This document shows positions 1 through 10,249 of a stretch of DNA of 64,000 nucleotides, in pieces (the first letter of the stretch is position 1; each line of letters begins with the position of its first letter). A program made the position numbers and the translations under genes. The notes beneath the pieces are model-generated. The model had not been told where the DNA came from and ran no database searches. It saw nothing but the letters and a program-made list of their open reading frames with translations. Source of the stretch: an uncultured Acidobacteriota bacterium (GTDB lineage: Bacteria > Acidobacteriota > UBA6911); NCBI GenBank assembly GCA_963843575.1, contig CAWJKZ010000004.1, forward strand, positions 64,001-128,000, written 5' to 3'.

Positions 1-2605
1 GCATGACCTCGGACGACGTGATCGCGGCGGTCCGGGCCTACAACGTGCAGGTGTCTGCCGGCCAGTTCGGCGGGATGCCTGCGGTGCCGGGCCAGCGGCT
101 CAATGCTTCCATCATCGTCCAGACGCTCCTGAAGACGCCGGAGGAGTTCGGCGCCATCCCGCTGCGCAACAATCCGGACGGATCCATCGTGCGGGTACGG
201 GACGTGGCGCGCACGGAACTGGGGACCGAGTTTGACAACGTCAGGGTCAAATATAACGGACACCCCACATCCGGTCTCGCGATCCGGCAGGAGGCCGGGG
301 CCAACGCTCTGGACACCGCCGCCGGCGTAAAAGCCAAGATGGAGGAGTTGTCCCGCTACTTTCCCGCCCGGCATGCAGGTTGTTTACCCCTTCGACACGA
401 CTCCCTTCGTACGGGTAGCCATCAACGAAGTCGTCAAGACCCTCATCGAGGCGATCATCCTCGTCTTCCTGGTCATGTTTCTCTTCCTGGGGAACATGCG
501 CGCCACGCTCATCCCCACGATTGCCGTGCCGGTGGTGATTCTGGGGACTTTCGGCGTTCTCGGACTGTTCGGTTATTCCATCAACATGCTGACGATGTTT
601 GCCATGGTCCTGGCGATCGGCCTCCTTGTGGATGATGCCATCGTCGTGGTGGAAAACGTGGAGCGTGTGATGTCCGAAGAGGGCCTCTCCGCCGCTGGAA
701 GCCACCCGGAAATCCATGGACCAGATTACCAGCGCGCTGGTCGGCATCGGGCTTGTTCTTTCGGCGGTCTTCGGCCCCATGATGTTCTTCGGCGGATCCA
801 CCGGCGTCATCTACCGCCAGTTCTCTATCACGATCATCTCCTCCATGCTTCTCTCGGTCCTGGTGGCTTTGATCCTGACGCCGGTGCTCTGCGCCTCTCT
901 TCTCAAGCCGGTGGGCAAGGGACACGAAGCCGCGGAAACCGGCTTCCGTCTCCTCCGGCCGTTTTTCCTGTGGTTCGACCACATGTTTCTCCGTCTTCGC
1001 GGGACACTACCAGTCCGCGGTGGGGCACATGCTCGGCGCCAGGCTCCGCTACCTCGCCGTTTTTGTCCTGATCGTGGCGGCGATGGGTTTTCTCTTCGTG
1101 AGGATGCCTACGGCCTACCTGCCGGACGAGGACCAGGGCGTGCTCATGGCCATGGTGCAACTGCCCCCCGGTTCGACCCTGGAGCAGACTGAAGCGGTCA
1201 TGGAAAAGGTGCGGAACCATTTCCTGGTGGATCAGAAGGAGGCGGTGGAATCCTGCATGACCATCTCCGGATTTGGCTTGGCCGGCCAGGCACAGAACCA
1301 GGGTATGGCCTATATCAAGCTTCGAGACTGGGACCTGCGCAACAGGCCGGACCTTCGGGTAAAGGGCATCTTGGGAAAGGCGATGCCGTTTCTCTCCCGT
1401 ATTCGGGAAGCGACCGTCTTCGTCTTTCCGCCTCCTGCCGTCACGGAACTCGGCACGGCGAAGGGATTTGACTTCATGCTGCAGGACCGCGGCGGACTCG
1501 GCCACGAGAAGCTGATGGATGCCCGGCTCCAGCTCCTTGGCCAGGCTATGCGCGACCCGCGGCTGACCGCCGTCCGGCCAAATGGGATGCCGGACCAGGC
1601 CGAGTACAAGGTGGATATCGACTGGGAGAAGGCCGGCACCCTCGGCGTGTCGGTGCCGGCGATTCAACGTTCGATCTCGGCGGCCTTCGGCAGCGCTTAT
1701 GTCAACGACTTCATACAGGGGGGGCGGGTCCAGCGCGTCTATGTGCAGGCGGACGCCCCCTACCGGATGCTCCCGGACGATCTGAACCATCTTTATGTCC
1801 GGAATACCGTGGGCGGCATGGTTCCCGTCTCCGCCCTCGCGTCGGGGCGCTGGACGTACGACTCCCCTCGGCTCGAGCGGTACAACGGTTTTCCGGCTCT
1901 GAATTTCCAGGGGGAAGCTGCCCCCGGAAGGAGCACCGGCGACGCCATGAAGGCCATGGAAGAGATCACCAAAAACTGCCCCGGGGCATCGGCTATGAGT
2001 GGACCGGCCTCTCCTACCAGGAGCGGCTGAGCCAATCCCAGACGGGGCTCCTGTATGCCTTCTCCATTCTCGCGATCTTCCTGGTCCTGGCAGCCCTGTA
2101 CGAGAGCTGGTCGATTCCGATCTCGATTCTGCTCGCCTTGCCGCTCGGAGTGATCGGCGGCGTGCTGGCCATCCTCCTCGCGGGGATTGCCCAATGACGT
2201 CTACTTCCAGATCGGACTGCTGACCGTCCTGGGACTGACGACCAAGAACGCGATCCTGATCGTGCAGTTCGCCAAGATCCGCGTGGAACAGGGTAAGGGC
2301 TTGATCGAGGCCACGCTCGAAGGGGCGAAGCTCAGGCTTCGTCCCATCGTGATGACGTCGCTGGCGTTCGGCTTCGGCGTTTTGCCGCTGGCGATCGCCA
2401 CCGGCGCCGGAGCCGGGGCACAGAAGGCCATCGGCACCAGCGTCCTGGGCGGAATGGTAACTGCAACATTTCTGGCCATCTTCTTCATTCCTCTGTTTTT
2501 CGTGGTGGTAAGCAAATGTTCGGCGGAACAAAGCCGGGAGCCGGAACAGCGACGGTCGGCTCGGATGCCAGAAGCATCCATACGGAGGGACCACAACATG
2601 CGTAA
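1..2605 (+). CDS. AcrB/MexB-family RND efflux permease, 5' end outside window, multiple frameshifts
   Basis: Consecutive ORF pieces (3..635, 373..1071, 716..1192, 1020..2030, 2187..2669) carry ordered AcrB motifs: [62 protein letters not shown]. Probable true stop is TAA 2603-2605, overlapping the next ATG. Confidence 0.92.
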
Positions 2606-3997
2606 ACTCCTACCACTTATTGGCAATCTCTATTTTCCTGTGCGGGTGCCCGCGCCCAGCGCAGTATAGCCGTCCCGCGTTGCCGGTTCCCGCAGCCTGG
2701 CCGGAGAAGTCTGCCAGTCAGCCGGCCGCGCCGGGCGCGCCCGCGGCGGCCGACGTGAAGTGGCAGGAGTTCTTCACCGACCAGCGGCTTCAATCGGTGA
2801 TCGAACTGGCGCTGGCGAACAATCGCGACCTCCGGATGGCCACGTCTCAACATCGACAAGGTCCAGGCGTTGTATCGGATTCAGCGCGCCGAACAGTATC
2901 CCACCGTCGTCGCCTCAGCGAGTGCCGATGGCTATCGGGTGCCCAGAACCTGTCCGGCGCCGACAATAACGAAACGGTGTCGCAATACACCGTCGGGCTG
3001 GGCGTCGCCTCCTGGGAACTGGATCTTTTCGGGCGCATCCGCAGCCTGAAGAGCCGGGCATTGGAGCAGTACCTGGCGACGGAGCAGGCCCGTTCCGCCA
3101 CGCAGATTTCGCTGGTGGCCGCTGTCGCCAACAGCTACCTGGCGCTGGCCGCCGACCGGGAGAATCTGAGGCTGGCCCAGGTGACCCTCGATGCCCAGCA
3201 GGCTTCTTACGACCTGATCCCGCACACCAGGGATCTCGGCATCGCCTCTGATCTGGATGTCCGTCAGGCGCAAAGCCAGGTGGAGGCGGCACGGGTGGAT
3301 ATCGCCAGATACTCCGGCCAGGTGGCCCTGGACGAAAATGCGCTCAACCTGCTGGTCGGCGCTCCGGTCGCGGCCGGACTGCTGTCCGACGACCTGGACA
3401 AAGTCGGGACGTTGAAGGACGTCTCGGCCGGCCTGCCCTCCGAGGTGCTGCTCCGCCGGCCCGACATCCTCATGGCCGAGCACCAGTTGAAAGCCGCCAG
3501 CGCCAACATCGGTGCTGCGCGCGCGGCGTTCTTCCCCCGCATCTCGCTGACCGCCGCCGCCGGCATCACCAGCAACGATCTGACGAACCTCTTCAAGCCC
3601 GCGGCCGGAACCTGGAACTTCGCCCCGCAGGCGGTGCTGCCGATTTTCGACTCCGGCGCCCGCCAGGCCAACTACAAGGTGGCCGAGGTGGATCGGGATA
3701 TCGCGATCGCCGAGTACGAGAAAGCGATCCAGGCCGCCTTCAGGGAAGTGAGCGACGCCTTGAGCCTGCGGACGACTCTGGTGGCCCAACAGGACGCCCT
3801 GCAGTCCCTGGTGAATTCGCTCGGAGGAAACCTATCGCCTTTCCGAGGCCCGATACAAGGGCGGGATCGACAGCTACCTGAGCGTTCTCGTCGCCCAGCG
3901 GTCGCTCTATGGCGCTCAACAGCAAATGGTCGGCGTCCGCCTGGCACGTCTGAGCAATCTCGTGACCCTGTACAAGGTGCTCGGCGGCGGCGCATAG
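2598..3997 (+). CDS. OprM/NodT-family outer membrane efflux lipoprotein (frameshifted)
   Basis: GGAGG RBS then ATG 2598; lipobox-like LCGC; [48 protein letters not shown]. The C-terminal LYKVLGGGA* (TAG 3995-3997) is in another frame. Confidence 0.9.
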
Positions 3998-4194
3998 CCC
4001 CCTCTTCGGGATTCTCTGAGCGCTTCGGGCCTTGGAGGTCACATGCCGAATGTTCTCCCTCTCCGGGATGGTAACGCCTGATTGCAGGGCTGATGAATCC
4101 TGCAAGGGAGTTTTCCAATTCTGCACGTCACCCATACAGATGGTCGGCGAATGACCATCATAAAGATCGCAGGGCGTCTCGCCGGAGCACACGT

Positions 4195-4494
4195 GGCCGG
4201 TACGACTGGCCCGGGAACATACGAGAACTTCAGAACGTGATCGAACGCTCCGTGGTTCTGACCCGGGGGCAAGTCCTCGAGCTGGCCATGCCCGAGACCA
4301 GTGCCGGCACTCCCGTCGTCAGGCTGAGAACGGACGTCACCTCGGACGCGGACCGGAAGAAGATCCTGCAGGCCTTGAAGGATAGTAGAGGCGTGGTCGG
4401 CGGTCCTGACGGCGCAGCGGCGCTGTTGGGCCTGAAGCGGACGACGCTCCAGGCCCGGATGAAGAAGCTGGGAATCACCCGCAACTACAACTAG
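4195..4494 (+). pseudogene. C-terminal fragment of an FhlA/NtrC-type sigma54 enhancer-binding protein
   Basis: YDWPGNIRELQNVIERSV and a Fis-type HTH (GAAALLGLKRTTLQARMKKLGI); the Walker A/GAFTGA core is absent upstream. Confidence 0.8.
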
Positions 4495-4501
4495 CCCGTC
4501 A

Positions 4502-4639
4502 CCCTCCGCTCTTTTTCCGTGTCAAGTTTTTGCTCCTGTGCCCCTCGAGGAAAAAACTGCAACTACCCGCCACGGAATTCAAATCTCCTTTTTCCGTGCC
4601 CCTCCGCTCTTCTTCCGTGTCCTCCGTGTCAAGTTTTTG
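4502..4639. repeat. Imperfect direct repeat with 9-bp periodicity between convergent genes
   Basis: ccctccgctctttttccgtgtcaagtttttg (4502-4532) and ccctccgctcttcttccgtgtcctccgtgtcaagtttttg (~4599-4639). Confidence 0.75.
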
Positions 4640-4641
4640 GT

Positions 4642-6153
4642 CTACTTCGCGGCTGAGCACGCGAAACTGGCCGCGTCGTTGATGCTGCCGGTACCCTGGT
4701 AGCGCGCGACCTGCGGGTAAGGGCACAGGGGGCGTGTGCGATCGACGTCGTTCCCGGCGGGGTGGTCGGCCACGATCCGCTCCGGGGCCTTGCCTTGCTC
4801 CACCCACTGCTCCAGGTGCGTGATCCAGTCGGCGCGCCAGGGGCCGTCGCCGCCGGTGCAGTGGTTCATGCCGGGCGCCATGAACAGGCGGAATGAACCG
4901 TCGATTCTGGCGGCGCCGCCCATGCGGCGCCGTACGCTCTCGTAGTAATTGACGGAGTTGAGTGTGGCGATCAGCTGGTCGTTCCAGCCGTGGTACATGA
5001 TCAGCTTGCCGCCGCGGGCGAAGAACGCCTTCAGGTTCGGATCGGTGGCGTTCAGCAGGCCCCTGTCGAGCTTGTCCGCCCGTGCGACGTCCTTGTCGAA
5101 GTCGAACTTCTGATAGTCCCAGTTGGGATCGTTGAAGACCACGTGCTGGAAGTGCGACACGGGGATGCCGAAGGGCTTGGGCCCGGCCAGCGCGGTCCAG
5201 ACGAGTTCGCTGCCCGGAGACATGCCCGGGAAGACCGGCTTGCCTGTCCTGGGGTTCTTCGCTCCCTCGTAGATCTTGCGGGCGACTTCCACCTGGGGCG
5301 GGGTCAGGCAGGCTTCGCCGGCCTCCCCTTTGCACTGCACGGTGGCTGGATCGAAGCGGCAGAGCACGGGATTGTCGATGAGCCCGTCCTCGATGCCGTC
5401 GAGCTGGTCGCAGGCCTGCAGCGCGGCCTTGTGAAGGGCTTGCAGCTGCAGTGGCCCGAGCGCGGCAGCGGGGTTCCTGTTTGCCACAACGGCAGGCCAC
5501 AGGTCGCCCGCCATCAGGTGGGTCCAGTAGTTGGCGGGCGCGCCGGCGATGATGCCGTCGTAGTCGCGGGGAAACTTCTGCGCTTCTTTCAACCCCTGCT
5601 TGCCGCCCGAGGAACAGCCAACCCAGTAGGAGAGTGCCGGCGCCCTACCGTAGAAGGCTTCCGTCACGGCCTTGGCCTTGAGCGTCATCTCGTGGACGGC
5701 GCGATGACCGAAGTCGACCAGTTTCTCGGGATGACCGGGGACGAACGAGGCGTCGCCGCCGTCGTGGCCGGTGTTGGTGGATGCGGCGGCGTACCCGCGG
5801 CCGAGGGCCGTGGCGAGCGCCGGGAACGAGATGGCGCCGGACCATCCCCCGTTCCCCACCCCCATGAACTTGCCGTTCCAGCCGTCGAGCGGCATCCACA
5901 CCTCGATCTTGATCTCCGAATCCGGCGTCGGCTTCACCGTGGCTGCGACGCGGCAGAATGCGGGTAGCCCTTTGTAGACTGCAGGCTGGGGCTGGCTGGC
6001 GCCGGGCGGAGCGAACCCGCCGGCATCCACGGTTAGTACCGTGGTGATGATGGTGTGCGGCAGCGACAGTTTCGCCAGCCCGGGGCAATCCCCGGCCCAC
6101 GCGACAGGCGCCGCAAGGGTGGCGAGCAACAAGAGCGCTCGGATGGTGGTCAC
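4642..6153 (-). CDS. Secreted tannase/feruloyl esterase family alpha/beta hydrolase
   Basis: Signal peptide after GTG 6153 with an AGGGGAGG RBS; WNGKFMGVGNGG, GCSSGG nucleophile, GGKLIMYHGWND, PGMNHC (CS-D-HC signature). Confidence 0.93.
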   Translation of the reverse strand: MTTIRALLLLATLAAPVAWAGDCPGLAKLSLPHTIITTVLTVDAGGFAPPGASQPQPAVYKGLPAFCRVAATVKPTPDSEIKIEVWMPLDGWNGKFMGVGNGGWSGAISFPALATALGRGYAAASTNTGHDGGDASFVPGHPEKLVDFGHRAVHEMTLKAKAVTEAFYGRAPALSYWVGCSSGGKQGLKEAQKFPRDYDGIIAGAPANYWTHLMAGDLWPAVVANRNPAAALGPLQLQALHKAALQACDQLDGIEDGLIDNPVLCRFDPATVQCKGEAGEACLTPPQVEVARKIYEGAKNPRTGKPVFPGMSPGSELVWTALAGPKPFGIPVSHFQHVVFNDPNWDYQKFDFDKDVARADKLDRGLLNATDPNLKAFFARGGKLIMYHGWNDQLIATLNSVNYYESVRRRMGGAARIDGSFRLFMAPGMNHCTGGDGPWRADWITHLEQWVEQGKAPERIVADHPAGNDVDRTRPLCPYPQVARYQGTGSINDAASFACSAAK

Positions 6154-6571
6154 AATCCCTCCCCTAAGGGCTCGCGCAAGAATAATTTCACGTTTTGCTG
6201 ACGGCTCTCGAGCTGACAGATCATACAACTACCAACGAGTGGAGATTGCTGTTAACGGAGCCGTCAGCCCTCCGGGGCGCGGCGGCGCGCGGGCATCTGC
6301 GGCGTTGCCGCTCCTCGACGATGTCACCACATCGCCTGCGTCGCGGCGCCTTGCATCTGCCCGCCCGGCGCTCGCGCCAAAATGTGAACTTGTTCTTGCG
6401 CGAACCCTGAGTGGTGTCTGTTCGGGCCTGCTCCGACGGCGATAATTCCAGATTCTACATTGGAACGGTGTCGGACCCGAAAATCGCTGAGGGCACCACA
6501 AAGGCCTGAAGCATCATTTTGGGCGCTTCGATAAGTGAAGGGGGTCCGGGGCTTTCGTTGAAGAGCATCAG

Positions 6572-7669
6572 TTGGGCGAGGCAGTGTTATCCTCAATCGC
6601 CATCGGCTGCTGCAGGCGAGGCCACGGAGCCGAAACTATGAAGCCTTCCGGAGGGAAAACTTTTCGAGTTACGGGTTCTGTGTTTGGCGGCGGCGGGTCC
6701 GGCTTGGAGCTGCATGAGGCTAACCGTGCAAGGACAGGGCTCATCCCTGTCGGCATGGTGGGCGCGGGGAGAAGCCGCAACGGCCTTGGTCCGTTTCTGG
6801 CGGAGTTCCTCGAGACGGCGGGCTTCCTGGTGGCGGGAGTCTCCGGACGGACACCCGAGCGGGCGGTCGCGAATGCGGAGGGAATCGGACGGCGCCTGGG
6901 ACACGAGGTGAGAGCGTTCGCCTCCCCGGCAGCCCTGTGCGCCAGCGGGGTCGCCGCGCTGGTGATCTCCTCGCCCGCAGAATGTCATCTCGAGGCGCTG
7001 CAAGGCGCCGCGGAAGCCGGGTTGCCGACCCTGTGCGAGAAACCGCTGGTCCACGAAGGTGACTGTGCGACAGGGGCGGCGGTCATAGAGACCTTTGCGC
7101 GCGAGCGCCTCCCACTCCTGGAGAACTGCCAGTGGCCCTATGTGCTGCCCGCGTTCGTTCGGCTTCACGGAGCAATGGAGGCCGGGAGCGAACTCAGGGT
7201 CGAGATGGGCCTATGCCCGCCGCGGCCCGGGCGGGAAATGGTGCAGAGCACCCTCTCGCACCTGTTGAGCGTTATCCAGGCCATCGTGACTTTCGATCCG
7301 GGAACCGTCGTCGGAGACGTGCGCCTCGATGAATCGGTCCGGGCAACGAGCCGTGTGCTTCGATTCGACCTGGCCGGTCACGGGAGAACTGTCGAAGGCG
7401 TGCTCCACCTGGAGATCTGTGTGGCCCCGCCCCGTCCAGCCTGGTTGGCGATTGGCGGTCTCCGGATGGACCGGATTGTCCGCGAAGGTCACTCGATCGC
7501 CTTTTCGGCGAACGGCAGGGAGGCTGCCATCGGCGATCCGGTGCGGGAGTTGGTGAGGCGTTTCGGATCCCTGGTGCGAAGCCGCGATCCCGTTCTGATG
7601 GATTTCGAACGTGGCCTTGTGCGTCAACGACTCGAGTGGTATCGGCAGATTCTGGGCAAATTGAAATGA
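6572..7669 (+). CDS. Gfo/Idh/MocA-like NAD(P)-dependent oxidoreductase (start uncertain, perhaps ~6700)
   Basis: Rossmann-like VGMVGAG, ISSPAECH, LCEKPL; ATGA overlap with the next gene. Confidence 0.7.
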   Translation: MGEAVLSSIAIGCCRRGHGAETMKPSGGKTFRVTGSVFGGGGSGLELHEANRARTGLIPVGMVGAGRSRNGLGPFLAEFLETAGFLVAGVSGRTPERAVANAEGIGRRLGHEVRAFASPAALCASGVAALVISSPAECHLEALQGAAEAGLPTLCEKPLVHEGDCATGAAVIETFARERLPLLENCQWPYVLPAFVRLHGAMEAGSELRVEMGLCPPRPGREMVQSTLSHLLSVIQAIVTFDPGTVVGDVRLDESVRATSRVLRFDLAGHGRTVEGVLHLEICVAPPRPAWLAIGGLRMDRIVREGHSIAFSANGREAAIGDPVRELVRRFGSLVRSRDPVLMDFERGLVRQRLEWYRQILGKLK

Positions 7670-8871
7670 CTCCACGCATGGATATGGCGAAGGTACTCGT
7701 GCGCTATAGCGGTGGGCCGGATGGCCTCGAGGGCGACGTTCTGCGCATGCTCGAGGGGTCATTTGGGCCGGTCCTGTCCCGCTTGCGGGGTGGCGATGAG
7801 GCGTCGGGCGCCGGCGGAAATGCTTCCGATGCTGAAAGGGTCGCGCACGGGGTGGCCCAGGTCGTCGCGAGCTTCTCGCGAAGTGCAACGATGCCGGCGG
7901 TCCGTGAGAAAGCCATCGAAGGGATTTACACCCGGGTCCTCGAGTTCGTCCGAAGGAGCATCCCAGTGGAAGCCCAGATGCTCTGGTCCCCCAAAAAACA
8001 CTGGATAGTTGGAGACGAAAGCGCGGTCGATCTTGCCGAACTGGCAGCGCTCCAGACGCTGCTCTCCATTGACTCTACCGTGCGGGATGTCTATCCGAGG
8101 GGGGTGTCGTTTCTGCTCGAAGTGGAGGACATCGAATTCGAGTTCATGGAGGGGCAAGACAAGGAAGTCGTCGTTGCGCGGGAGACATACATTTCCAGCC
8201 TGAGGCGCTTGATCGGGGCACTGCAGCTGGGTGACGTCTTTACCCTCCGCAGGGTGAGCGAGCACGCGCAGAGCAAAGAAGAGCTTTTGCGGTGGCGACA
8301 GCAGATGGCAGCGAACTACCGGGCGCTCGAAACCTATTGGTACGAATCCGAGGAACGGACCCTCTCGTCGCAGGAGGATTTGCCGAGTTTCAAAGAGCTT
8401 CGCAGACTGGGCTGGACGGGCACGATCCCAGCCGATATGCGCCGGTACTACCTGAATCGCCTTGGAAAACTCGCCGACGCGCCCGAAAGGGAGAGGGTGG
8501 ACATGGTGCTGCGGAACCTTGCAGGCATCCTGTTTCATCACCAGATGGGCTTGCTTCGAGGTTCCGGCGTCGCCGACCCCGTCAGGTTCTCGTTCGTGCG
8601 CTCGGCCGATGCCGCTCCTCCGGAATTGCTGGTCGGGCGAGTGGATCTTCGCTTTGCGCCGAGAAGACTCTGCAGCCGCGTGAGCGCAGCGGCGCCTTGG
8701 GCGACGAAGGGTTTCGTGTGCGGTCGGAAGGATCGCCTGGCGGTATCGTTCCGAGGCTGGCACGAACTGGATGGGGCACAATATCGGTTCGCAGAGGGTT
8801 GGCTCACTGTGGCCGGGTGCGAGGGCATCGCCAAGGTGCGGGCTGATTTCCGGCGCAACGAGGTTGAGTAA
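7666..8871 (+). CDS. Hypothetical protein with divergent PvcA/Dit1 (isonitrile synthase)-like N-terminal half
   Basis: ATG 7666 overlaps upstream TGA. Segment IPVEAQMLWSPKKHW..DLAELAALQTL...VYPRGVSFLLEVED echoes the PvcA/Dit1 pattern LPAFPxKS..PDxxExLAL..L...YPPGA.I.I.SD. Confidence 0.5.
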   Translation: MTPRMDMAKVLVRYSGGPDGLEGDVLRMLEGSFGPVLSRLRGGDEASGAGGNASDAERVAHGVAQVVASFSRSATMPAVREKAIEGIYTRVLEFVRRSIPVEAQMLWSPKKHWIVGDESAVDLAELAALQTLLSIDSTVRDVYPRGVSFLLEVEDIEFEFMEGQDKEVVVARETYISSLRRLIGALQLGDVFTLRRVSEHAQSKEELLRWRQQMAANYRALETYWYESEERTLSSQEDLPSFKELRRLGWTGTIPADMRRYYLNRLGKLADAPERERVDMVLRNLAGILFHHQMGLLRGSGVADPVRFSFVRSADAAPPELLVGRVDLRFAPRRLCSRVSAAAPWATKGFVCGRKDRLAVSFRGWHELDGAQYRFAEGWLTVAGCEGIAKVRADFRRNEVE

Positions 8872-8883
8872 AGCGCAAGCCCG

Positions 8884-10113
8884 TCAGCGCCCGCTCTTCT
8901 GAGATCCTTCGGGACCTCGAGGCGGTCTCGGAGGTATGTCTTGCAGCTCACCCCCAGCGGTGCAAACACCCGCGGAATCCACGAATCCGACGACATCCAG
9001 GAAGCGGCCGACGGTGGCCCCCCAGGTTTCTCCTCGAACGGATTCGCGCGCATATCCTGCCATCCGACGCCACCGTTCCCGGTCTGCCACCAGGACCCTC
9101 ATCCAGTGGGCGAACTCCTCGGGATCGGCCCTGGCCGCCAGTATGCCGTTTTCCCCATTCTGGACGCGCTCCGAGGCATTCGGCACATCCGTCAGAATCA
9201 CGGGAGTGCACATCCAGAAGGCTTCGCGCAGAACTCCAGGTATCGGGCCGAAACGCATGGGAAAAACAAACAGTCGGGCCGACGCCAGCAGCTCGATGTA
9301 CTGCCGGTAATCGCCTGGATCATCCTTGCGCAAGTACCCGTGGCAGACGACATGGGCCTGGTCCCCGGGCAACTCGCCCTTCGCGACGCCCACAAGATGC
9401 AGAGTGAACGGGTCCTGTGATCTGGAATTAAAGCGCTGAAACGCGCTCAGAAGTACGTCCACGCCTCGATGATGAAAACCGCGGCCGATGAACAGAAGGT
9501 CCCGGGAGGCCTCCTTTCGGGCGATCAGTGCGCTCGAATCCGGAGAGTCCTGTTCACCTAGATTGATGCCCGCCGTTAGCAGTGCCGGATTTGCGACGCG
9601 ATAGCGGTCCCGTACGAACTCCATGCAAGCCCGATTAAAGCTGAAAACGTACTGCGCGTTTTGCAGGTTCAGCCTCTCCCTCCGGATGAGCCAGCGATCG
9701 ACCTGGCTCGGGCGCACGCCCCGTTCCGCCAGATAGTGCTCGTACGTGCGATCGCAATAGTGGGCTACCGGCACATCCGAGTAACGATAGGAAGAGAATG
9801 AAAAAGTCAGAAACAGGTTCAGATCGGCGTCGCCGAAGGCTCGGCACGTTTTTGACAGCCGGGAATTCACCAGCCGGTGGAAAGCAGGAATCCTGAGGAG
9901 CGGACGTGGCTGCACCCCGCGCCTGGAGGCTGCGCGGTTGAAGATGTCGTTCAGCACGGACAGCGCCCGTTGGCTCGATCCCCCTTCCGGAACAAGGTTG
10001 ACCCGTCTTACCTCGACCTTGCGGGAGATGAGCGCGCGCGCGAAAAAGTAGGGCACATTCGACCAGGTGTTTATGTCGTTCGAATCACCCCAGGAAAACA
10101 GATTGATCTTCAC
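8884..10113 (-). CDS. Glycosyltransferase family 4 (GT-B)
   Basis: LLFIGR, RGVDVLLSAF, LFVFP, LREAFWMCTPVILTD, VQNGENGIL; GTG start at 10113 inferred. Confidence 0.85.
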   Translation of the reverse strand: MKINLFSWGDSNDINTWSNVPYFFARALISRKVEVRRVNLVPEGGSSQRALSVLNDIFNRAASRRGVQPRPLLRIPAFHRLVNSRLSKTCRAFGDADLNLFLTFSFSSYRYSDVPVAHYCDRTYEHYLAERGVRPSQVDRWLIRRERLNLQNAQYVFSFNRACMEFVRDRYRVANPALLTAGINLGEQDSPDSSALIARKEASRDLLFIGRGFHHRGVDVLLSAFQRFNSRSQDPFTLHLVGVAKGELPGDQAHVVCHGYLRKDDPGDYRQYIELLASARLFVFPMRFGPIPGVLREAFWMCTPVILTDVPNASERVQNGENGILAARADPEEFAHWMRVLVADRERWRRMAGYARESVRGETWGATVGRFLDVVGFVDSAGVCTAGGELQDIPPRPPRGPEGSQKSGR

Positions 10114-10249
10114 AGGATTCTCGGTGGAACAGAGCGAACCCCCGCCTGTCGCCACGCGGCCCTGGGCCGTTCGAGCCGACAGGTCCGCAGGTTGCGGGCG
10201 GGTTTGTGACCGGCCGCGTTTTATTCATCGGCCGACTGCGTTGCCCGCT

